A DNA stretch of 64,000 bases from Candidatus Altimarinota bacterium (GTDB lineage: Bacteria > Patescibacteriota > Gracilibacteria > 1-14-2-50-48-13), in contig JBKBWQ010000001.1 of the NCBI GenBank assembly GCA_046314355.1, forward strand, positions 1,056,001-1,120,000, read 5' to 3'. Positions 8,938-15,985 of this stretch are shown here, one piece after another. Both the position numbers and the translations under genes were made by a program. The stretch's first letter is position 1. Every line of letters begins with the position of its first letter. Under the pieces are notes generated by a model. It made no database searches and was not told the origin of the DNA. It saw nothing but the letters and a program-made list of their open reading frames with translations.

Positions 8938-9519
8938 CTAAAATAATTTCTGTGAATCATTTAAATTTGCTTCAAGAGCATCAGGTGACATATTGGCACG
9001 GAAATTCTCATCTTGCTTACACTTATGAGACGCATAGAGAAGATAAGCTCCTCCAAGTAAAAGAGTAATCAGTAGACCTATAGATTCTGTAATTCTTTGA
9101 TTTTCAAAAGAATCATTAAACTCTGAGTATGTACGTATGAGACCAAATATTCCTATCACGCACAGTACACACCATATAGCCTGAAGAACGAATGAAACAT
9201 TAGCCCATACATATCTTGTTCTGAAAAAACCTCGTGCTAATAATCCAAACACTACTGTAGCCGATAATGTTCCAATCATGTTCCAAACGTAAACTTCAAG
9301 TTTTGTGAGTATTCTCGAGGAAAGATCTACATTTTTAGGAAGAAAATTCCATTCTATTTGAACCTCTTTTCCTATATTAAAAAATATCCAAAGAAGGGAG
9401 AGAAAACTTATGATAGCAATTATCATATATACTATTCCCACTATTTTTGCCTCAATAGGAAGGGTCTTGAACTGTCTTCTCGCTGTTTTCGTTTCTGATG
9501 CTTTGAGGGTACTTGTCAT
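8938..9519 (-). CDS. Four-TM hypothetical membrane protein
   Basis: Likely ATG at 9519 (MTSTLK); four hydrophobic segments. Confidence 0.65.
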   Translation of the reverse strand: MTSTLKASETKTARRQFKTLPIEAKIVGIVYMIIAIISFLSLLWIFFNIGKEVQIEWNFLPKNVDLSSRILTKLEVYVWNMIGTLSATVVFGLLARGFFRTRYVWANVSFVLQAIWCVLCVIGIFGLIRTYSEFNDSFENQRITESIGLLITLLLGGAYLLYASHKCKQDENFRANMSPDALEANLNDSQKLF

Positions 9520-9564
9520 AAAAAAACCTGTAAGAAATAATATACAGGATTGGTAGGATAGCAA

Positions 9565-9718
9565 AAGCGGGACTACCTCGCCTGGCTACCCGTTCTTACT
9601 TTGCATTACACAAAGCAGTTTACGGCAGGGAGATAGCCCCACCTGTGGTGTAAACTGTTGTGTATGCACGGACGAATAATCGTCGTGAATGCGATTTGTA
9701 AGTAAAAACGGGTAGCAC
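9565..9718 (-). ncRNA. Structured RNA leader (attenuator or antisense-regulated RNA candidate)
   Basis: 17-bp outer stem (9585-9601 with 9700-9716), inner stems, and a third 15-bp pairing (9626-9640 with 9569-9584); the apparent mismatches are G-U pairs on the minus strand; begins just after a sigma70-like promoter. Confidence 0.6.
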
Positions 9719-9722
9719 AAAC

Positions 9723-9751
9723 ATAATACCGTCTAAGATGTATATCATCAA
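9723..9751 (-). promoter_or_regulatory. Sigma70-type promoter for the structured leader and membrane-protein genes
   Basis: TTGATG-N17-TATTAT on the minus strand. Confidence 0.65.
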
Positions 9752-9834
9752 GTCTAATATCAGAGTTGTTTTTTTACGGGGCTATACTAGTATCTATAAA
9801 GAAGTCACCGGCATGATTTTTAACGCCACTGAAT

Positions 9835-10191
9835 ATGTGTATTGCTCTAAAGAAAGATGATACGAAATGCAAAGGTAGCTCAATGCTGGGATCGGAATAT
9901 TGTTTCTTCCACAATCCGGATATTAGTAAGAAGGAAAGAAAGCAAGCTCAAGCCAAAGGAGGTAGAAATAGACGAAGTAAAGTAACATCGCCTCTGAAAC
10001 CTATGTCACTACATTCCTCAAAGGATGTAGCTCACCTACTCTCAGATACCATTAATCAAGTGCGAATAGGACAAATGGATGTCAAAGTGGCAAATTGCCT
10101 GGGAATATTAAGCAATCATCTTCTGAGAGCCTTCGAAGGAGTAGAGTTAGAAAGAAGAGTTCAAGCGTTGGAGAATTTACATACTTCATAA
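9835..10191 (+). CDS. Small CCCH zinc-finger protein of mobile elements
   Basis: C-x9-C-x11-C-x2-H ('CIALKKDDTKC...YCFFHNP'), basic 'AKGGRNRR', C-terminal 'ERRVQALE'. Confidence 0.65.
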   Translation: MCIALKKDDTKCKGSSMLGSEYCFFHNPDISKKERKQAQAKGGRNRRSKVTSPLKPMSLHSSKDVAHLLSDTINQVRIGQMDVKVANCLGILSNHLLRAFEGVELERRVQALENLHTS

Positions 10192-10196
10192 TCACT

Positions 10197-10412
10197 ATGT
10201 CTACAATCAGCACTCGTATTAAAAAACTTGAAAAAATAGTGGCAGACCAGTCCAAGAATAGGGTAGAAATCATCGAATATTACGCCTATAAGGTGCCTAT
10301 ATATTATGTTCACAAGAATATAGCTTACTCTTCTCTTGAAGAGTGTAGAGAGCAAAATAAAGCTGTTCTTCAGGGAGCCTCAGAGATCCTACTTATTAAT
10401 TTTGCCGATTAA
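10197..10412 (+). CDS. Small hypothetical protein
   Basis: ATG 6 nt after the previous stop; 'MSTISTRIKKLEK' start; ends 3 nt before the next ATG. Confidence 0.55.
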   Translation: MSTISTRIKKLEKIVADQSKNRVEIIEYYAYKVPIYYVHKNIAYSSLEECREQNKAVLQGASEILLINFAD

Positions 10413-10415
10413 AGT

Positions 10416-11456
10416 ATGAGTACCCCCACACCCCCATTACTAAGTAAGCCTCTGCATTATTATGAAGCAGAACACAAGACACTCATGGTTGCTTGGCATT
10501 TATTGAGAAATGGTATCGAAGATGAGTTCTATCAAGAAAGTTTTGTTCATCTTGAAAATCATACCTTTATGAGTGCCTCAGATATTGCTGAAGCTATCAG
10601 TAATCTTACCTCATACGGAGGAATTGAAGAGTTCAAGTACCAACTTTTTCCTGTAGGAGATAGGCAAACTCATTACCCTGAGGAGCATCTGGACCATACA
10701 AAACTCTATGAGCTCATAACTAATGAAAAGAACCCACAGCTGAATATATGGGAATCCTTCATCAAGGTAGATCATATAACCTTGTATACTATCAAAATTA
10801 ATAAGGAAGGACTTATTAATTATATGGAGCGTTATGTAGACCTATGGAGAGCAAATCGTTATAGGATCCATGGCAAGAATACTCTTTCTGCTGATATCCA
10901 ATTACGTTCTGTCTTAAAAGACATCTTTGTATATATAGACAGAAATAAGGCACAATACTATTTACCCATTGATGAAGAGATGCTCATTGATACCTTTGCG
11001 GTCCTTATTTTTCTTGAATATGAAGGAGCTATCACTATTCATACACTCCTCCAGAATCCTCAAGGAAAGCTCACAGCGCATATATCACGACGAGGGAATT
11101 TTTCTAAAAAAACATCTATTCACAATGGAAAAATCTACCATGGCTTTTCCATAGATACTCCAGGGCAAGAAAAAATACGTCTAACTTCACCATATAGGCT
11201 AATATATAAGGGCATTATTCGTTCACTTTTTAAGGATAAGCGCAGTACAGCACTAATTCACAATACGCTATCTAACGAATTATTCAGTATAGACATAGAA
11301 ACATTTATTAAATTATCAGGAGAGAATCCTTTAAATCTACGCAAGGATATTGATAAGTTTCAACATGACGTTAGAGAAAAGTTTAAAATCGCCGAACCAC
11401 TGATAAAAGTATCTCAAACTAACATTACCCTGAATAATAAATACTGGGGGTTTTAA
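10416..11456 (+). CDS. Hypothetical protein, possible C-terminal winged-helix DNA-binding domain
   Basis: 346-aa ORF in an operon with the upstream small genes; helix-then-hairpin pattern at the C-terminus (inferred). Confidence 0.55.
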   Translation: MSTPTPPLLSKPLHYYEAEHKTLMVAWHLLRNGIEDEFYQESFVHLENHTFMSASDIAEAISNLTSYGGIEEFKYQLFPVGDRQTHYPEEHLDHTKLYELITNEKNPQLNIWESFIKVDHITLYTIKINKEGLINYMERYVDLWRANRYRIHGKNTLSADIQLRSVLKDIFVYIDRNKAQYYLPIDEEMLIDTFAVLIFLEYEGAITIHTLLQNPQGKLTAHISRRGNFSKKTSIHNGKIYHGFSIDTPGQEKIRLTSPYRLIYKGIIRSLFKDKRSTALIHNTLSNELFSIDIETFIKLSGENPLNLRKDIDKFQHDVREKFKIAEPLIKVSQTNITLNNKYWGF

Positions 11457-11529
11457 AAAGGGGATATATTAGGGGATATTTAGTTTTTTTGAATGGAGTA
11501 TATTCCGCACAAGAAATAATATCACCTCT

Positions 11530-12570
11530 ATGAAACTGAATACTCTTATACAGCTTTTCCCTCAAGATGAGTGGGATAAATACCATGTAATGGTCACTCA
11601 GGGACAAACTCCTCTTTGGAAATACTGGGAAGAGTATGTTACGAGACAACTAGACTTGGGAGGTTCTATGCAAACACTTCAGAACGTCCGCAGTACAATG
11701 CAATTTATTGTAAGACACATGAATATATATAGCATTGAAGAATGTAATAATCAAAATACATTTGAAGATCGATTAATTGATGTGAAGAAGGAAAGAAGAC
11801 ACTCAGGAAGTACTACTAATACAATCTTGAAAAATATAAAAACATACTTTATATGGTTACGCAGAAGAGAATACATACTTGAAAATAAATTGGATTTAGT
11901 CCAGAAGTCTAAAACTGTGAAAAATGCACAAGTAGCCTTCTCAAAAGAACAAGTATTGTATATTCAAGAAGCGATATTGAATCAAACGCATACACCTTTA
12001 ATAACAATGCGTAATTTCCTATTTATAAAACTTCTTGCTCTAACAGGTGCACGCCCAAGTGAACTCCTTAACCTGAAAGCTTCATCACTAGAGAAAACGT
12101 CTATAGGAGATTACGTCTTAAAAATCACTGGAGTAAAACAGATTACAAAACCAAGAGTATATCATATCAAAGATCTTATCTTTGCCCAAATATTTGAAAG
12201 CTATATGAGTCATCGTGCCAAAATAGGTCGTAGTGATGAGGCATTATTTATATCGTCCTCTATGAAAGGACCGTGGACATATCAAGGATTACGAAAACTC
12301 TTTGCTAGTATTGCAAAAAAAGTAGGTTTTCAGGTGACTGCTTACGGTTTCAGAAGATATGTGGCAACAAATCTTCATACCCAAAGACTTCCAATTGAAA
12401 AAATTGCTCAGCACCTAGGACACACTCGTTTATCTACTACGATGCTGTATATCCAAAATAGTACTGAGCATACTTTAGAAGCAATGACTATGTTAGAATC
12501 GAATTTAATGAGTGCATCTCCACTGACTTTGCCATCTGCATATTCGAACAAGAAAGATAAATGGTTGTAG
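11530..12570 (+). CDS. Tyrosine recombinase/integrase (variant Y-x-x-R motif)
   Basis: TGARPSEL, AYGFRRYVAT, HLGH, TTMLY catalytic boxes; N-terminal SAM-like region. Confidence 0.9.
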   Translation: MKLNTLIQLFPQDEWDKYHVMVTQGQTPLWKYWEEYVTRQLDLGGSMQTLQNVRSTMQFIVRHMNIYSIEECNNQNTFEDRLIDVKKERRHSGSTTNTILKNIKTYFIWLRRREYILENKLDLVQKSKTVKNAQVAFSKEQVLYIQEAILNQTHTPLITMRNFLFIKLLALTGARPSELLNLKASSLEKTSIGDYVLKITGVKQITKPRVYHIKDLIFAQIFESYMSHRAKIGRSDEALFISSSMKGPWTYQGLRKLFASIAKKVGFQVTAYGFRRYVATNLHTQRLPIEKIAQHLGHTRLSTTMLYIQNSTEHTLEAMTMLESNLMSASPLTLPSAYSNKKDKWL

Positions 12571-13402
12571 TAGTGATCCTCGCATGCCCCATAAGTTTTG
12601 AAAGAGTATAAATATCACATCCTCCTTCCAGCATAAGTCTGGCAAAAGCATGGCGTAGTGTGTGAGCTGAGAAAGGTATCTTCAATCGTTCACGAATAAC
12701 TTTAATGTTATTTGTAATCGCTCTTTTCGTTATTCCTAGGTCTTTCTGTACCGCTGTAAAAAAGAAAATGGAACTCTTCTTCAGACGATTCCTGTCCTTT
12801 AGATATTCTTCTAGAATGCTACATAGCTTCATATTCATAGGTATCATTCGATCCTTTGATCCCTTCCCCTGATGAATAAAGATAGTTCTGCTTTCAAATG
12901 ATACATCATGCAGCTTCAAGTGAACCACTTCAGAGATTCGGAGACCTGCTAAAAGCATCAATGCAAGCATCGCCCTGTTCCTGAATTTCTCAAACTTATA
13001 CGGGTACTTCATATGATAAGACATATCAAGAATAAGTGTACTCTCCTCCTTCGTAAGAGTCTTTGGCAACCTCTGTTCCATCTTTGGGAGCTCTATATCC
13101 GCAAGGATATTTTTCTCTACGATACTCTCTTTCACTAGCCACTTAAAAAAGGCATTAAATCGCTTGTGGTAGTGTCGGAAGGTTGCGGAGGTCCATTTAC
13201 GCTCTAGTCGTCCATGAAAGAACCATGCCTCAAATAAAGGCTTTGTAAGTTCTTCAAGATAAACTACCTTTGTTGAGCTCACAAAGTAGCGAAAGATTTC
13301 TCTGTAGCTTTTAATTGTTTCAGGTGCATAATTCCGAATACATACGCAATACTGCAAGTAGCGCTCAAGCAGGTTTTTAAGATCTGTTTTTTGTCCGTAC
13401 AT
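12488..13402 (-). CDS. Tyrosine recombinase, XerC/XerD-like
   Basis: AGLRISEV, GKGSK, HTLRHAFA, LMGH, TTTIY; likely ATG at 13402. Confidence 0.93.
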   Translation of the reverse strand: MYGQKTDLKNLLERYLQYCVCIRNYAPETIKSYREIFRYFVSSTKVVYLEELTKPLFEAWFFHGRLERKWTSATFRHYHKRFNAFFKWLVKESIVEKNILADIELPKMEQRLPKTLTKEESTLILDMSYHMKYPYKFEKFRNRAMLALMLLAGLRISEVVHLKLHDVSFESRTIFIHQGKGSKDRMIPMNMKLCSILEEYLKDRNRLKKSSIFFFTAVQKDLGITKRAITNNIKVIRERLKIPFSAHTLRHAFARLMLEGGCDIYTLSKLMGHARITTTTIYLSCSNMQMAKSVEMHSLNSILT

Positions 13403-13445
13403 TAAAAAGAAGAGAAGAAATATAATCTTCACTCTTGAATAGACC

Positions 13446-13520
13446 TGGAGCCACCGGAGGGACTTGAACCCTCGACCTACCCCTTACCATGGGGTTGCTC
13501 TACCACTGAGCTACGACGGC
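13446..13520 (-). tRNA. tRNA-Thr(GGT), element-borne complete copy
   Basis: GCCGTCGTAGCTCAGTGGTAGAGCAACCCCATGGTAAGGGGTAGGTCGAGGGTTCAAGTCCCTCCGGTGGCTCCA folds as a cloverleaf; anticodon GGT; encoded CCA. Confidence 0.93.
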
Positions 13521-13552
13521 ATTTGATGCTTTCATGACTACTTACACAGGAG

Positions 13553-13581
13553 AGGATACTCTGGACTTAGTAAAAAGTCTA
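13553..13581 (-). promoter_or_regulatory. Putative promoter for the element tRNA and downstream integrase
   Basis: TAGACT-N17-TATCCT on the minus strand, about 30 nt upstream of the tRNA. Confidence 0.45.
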
Positions 13582-13631
13582 TGTTATCCTTTACCGCTAG
13601 CCATTATCCGAGAAATCAGCAGAGGACCACA

Positions 13632-13671
13632 TCCTTACCAAGGACGCGCTCTACCACTGAGCTATGACGGC
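13632..13671 (-). pseudogene. 5' half of the split host tRNA-Thr(GGT), right junction of the element
   Basis: Reverse complement GCCGTCATAGCTCAGTGGTAGAGCGCGTCCTTGGTAAGGA, followed by non-tRNA sequence. Confidence 0.92.
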
Positions 13672-13751
13672 AGACTATTTATAACAAAGTTATGAGCCAT
13701 ACACTTTGCCAAAATTACAAAGCAATTATACATGAATATATCCTTACTCTT

Positions 13752-14093
13752 CTATACAATTTTCCAAGAATGTAGTAGTTTTTCCCAGTATTTGACTATT
13801 ATCTCTCTATCTTGTTCAGGCAGCAGGCGAAAATCTTCCACTTCTTCAGGATGGATTTCCACTACAAGCGGGATGCGTCCCCAGTCACTTGCACTACTAG
13901 TCCATATAAAATCAGATGGAATAACACGATCTACAAGCAGAACTTCATAATTTTCTTCTAATAAAATTTTATGAGGATGGAATTCTTTAATGAATACTTC
14001 ATCTACCTCCTCATCAGTAGGAAGCCATACAGTATCGTAATCTCTGAAAGCAAAGATCGAAGGATCTGACATATCAATAAGAATATATTTCAT
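13752..14093 (-). CDS. Hypothetical protein
   Basis: 113-aa ORF with ATGA overlap to the upstream gene. Confidence 0.6.
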   Translation of the reverse strand: MKYILIDMSDPSIFAFRDYDTVWLPTDEEVDEVFIKEFHPHKILLEENYEVLLVDRVIPSDFIWTSSASDWGRIPLVVEIHPEEVEDFRLLPEQDREIIVKYWEKLLHSWKIV

Positions 14094-14635
14094 ACATTTT
14101 TTCGTAAAAATATTTTTAATTTCTCTAAAGCAAGTCGCTTCATAGAATACTTTCCCTTTTCCTCCAGGTCCATTTCTGCCCAGGTTTTATCAGCACCTTT
14201 AGGTATAAATATCGCATCCCAGCCAAATTCAGGAATACCTCTAGGTTCTTCTGCGATACGTCCCTGTCTCTCACCAATAAAAATTTCAAGTCTCTCTCCA
14301 TCATACAAACCAAAAATAGTCTGAGCTACTGCAGAGCGGTCATCAAAACTATGCAAAATCTTGCATAATCCGTCATTTCCCAAGTCCTGAAGGAATAACT
14401 TAATACTTGGACCTGGAAGTCTTCCTAATGCCTTAAATCGTAACCAGACGTCTTCTACAAGCACAGGAGACTGTACCTTCTCATAAGCCTGTTTTGCCTT
14501 ATAAAGAATACTCTCTTCAATAGACCAGGATTGTAACTCTTGAAGATCCATTTTGTAATGAGAGACTGGTATATCCAAAAATCTACTCAGAGTTTCTGCT
14601 TTTTTCTGATTGCCTGTAACGTAGGTGATATTCAT
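14090..14635 (-). CDS. Non-canonical purine NTP pyrophosphatase (Ham1/ITPase family)
   Basis: 'VTGNQKK', 'VLVED', 'LPGPSIK', 'FGWDAIF', 'TWAEM' Ham1 motifs. Confidence 0.92.
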   Translation of the reverse strand: MNITYVTGNQKKAETLSRFLDIPVSHYKMDLQELQSWSIEESILYKAKQAYEKVQSPVLVEDVWLRFKALGRLPGPSIKLFLQDLGNDGLCKILHSFDDRSAVAQTIFGLYDGERLEIFIGERQGRIAEEPRGIPEFGWDAIFIPKGADKTWAEMDLEEKGKYSMKRLALEKLKIFLRKNV

Positions 14636-14767
14636 AGATATGATAATTTGAAATTACTTTAAGCTGTATTTATTTAAATAACAATTTTTACATATAAAAT
14701 TTACTCTAAATCTTTGCTATATGATATAATTTTATAAGATTTATTCCCATTATTCTGACCAATTATA

Positions 14768-15940
14768 ATGAATTTTAACAATGCTGATGGTGACAAAGAA
14801 GATTTTTTAAAGAGCAAAAATATCCTAACTAATGAAAATTTAAACTCATCTAATCAACCAATAGATTTAACAATAGAAACTTTATCTAAATTATCAGATA
14901 TAGAACTTTCAAAGTTCTATTCAAATAATATGATCGTAGATCTTTTTAAGCATAATAATGCATTAGAAAATGATACAATGAAAGGAATAGATAGTACTTA
15001 TGTACTTGAAGAAGATATAAAATTACTTATTGAAAATGCTTATCATATATTTTTATACAATACGGAAAGTCTGGTAAGAACTTCTTTGCCGATCATAAAG
15101 CTGCATATACAAAATAATGAAAGTCGCGATCTCATATTTAGTGAACTAGAAATGCTTTATTACAATTTAAGTACAAGCTTATCTAATGTTTATAGTTTAT
15201 TTACAACTTTAAAAAATAGAGGAGTCATAAAAACGGAAGCTAGTGTAGGGGAAATGAATGGATATGATGATAAAATAAGAGAACACCTTAAACTTATTAA
15301 AAACAATGTAACCTTCATTGGAGAAGGATACTTACCAGGTTTATGGAAAAAATTACCATCTGAGATTGAAAAAGAGATTAGTGAAAAAGATCACGCAACC
15401 GTCACTGAATTGAAAAATCCAAAAAACCTAAGAATCGATAGCATATGGGGATTAGAAAAAAACTTCCCGAATCCATCTAAAAAAATTTTTGAGAAAGTTT
15501 TGTCATTTCGGGAAATTTCAAATGAGCAAAAGCAAGAATTAGTACTCCAGCTTATAAAGCAAAAAGAGAATGATACTTTGATAAGTGAAAACGATAAGGA
15601 TTTGGTATACTCTACTATTGAAAAAATTATCAATACACATGAAATACTCCCCTCAGAGGTAGATATAAATATTCGTCAAAGTGATGATGAATACTTCATT
15701 TTTTATCTGCATACGGGAGAATCACCCGATGAACTTTATGTTTTACAAAAAAATGGTATCTTCGAAAAAAATGATAGCTTTGATAATCAAAAGGGACAAC
15801 ATGGAAGAAGCAGCTGGAGTGAATCATGGACACATAAGGGAGAATATTTCAGTATGTCCGGTGATACTTCTCATGGCAATAAACCAAATCCTAATTACGC
15901 AAAAATTAAACCTTTAAGTAAATTCACCTTAAAAAATTAA
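14768..15940 (+). CDS. Hypothetical protein (very AT-rich orphan)
   Basis: 390-aa ORF; no recognisable motif. Confidence 0.6.
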   Translation: MNFNNADGDKEDFLKSKNILTNENLNSSNQPIDLTIETLSKLSDIELSKFYSNNMIVDLFKHNNALENDTMKGIDSTYVLEEDIKLLIENAYHIFLYNTESLVRTSLPIIKLHIQNNESRDLIFSELEMLYYNLSTSLSNVYSLFTTLKNRGVIKTEASVGEMNGYDDKIREHLKLIKNNVTFIGEGYLPGLWKKLPSEIEKEISEKDHATVTELKNPKNLRIDSIWGLEKNFPNPSKKIFEKVLSFREISNEQKQELVLQLIKQKENDTLISENDKDLVYSTIEKIINTHEILPSEVDINIRQSDDEYFIFYLHTGESPDELYVLQKNGIFEKNDSFDNQKGQHGRSSWSESWTHKGEYFSMSGDTSHGNKPNPNYAKIKPLSKFTLKN

Positions 15941-15949
15941 CTCTCAAGT

Positions 15950-15985
15950 AATAAAAAAGAGCTCATTTCTGAGCTCTTTTTTATT
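15950..15985. terminator. Bidirectional intrinsic terminator
   Basis: aataaaaaagagctca-tttc-tgagctcttttttatt between convergent genes. Confidence 0.85.

Larger units (their letters stand above)
5023..13642. mobile_element. Integrative element (~8.6 kb) inserted in tRNA-Thr(GGT)
   Basis: Direct repeat TCCTTACCAAG at 5023-5033 and 13632-13642; complementary tRNA halves outside it; two tyrosine recombinases, an extra tRNA and AT-rich defence cargo inside. Confidence 0.92.

Noticed and set aside
12488-13402. Assigning xerC or xerD as the housekeeping dimer resolvase
   Set aside because: It lies inside the att-bounded element and no dif site was seen, so no gene symbol is given.
5023-13642. Prophage call
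   Set aside because: No capsid, portal, large terminase, tail or lysis genes are recognisable.
4988-13671. Reading the interruption of tRNA-Thr as a self-splicing intron
   Set aside because: It has a target duplication, recombinases and genes on both strands; no group I/II core is recognisable.
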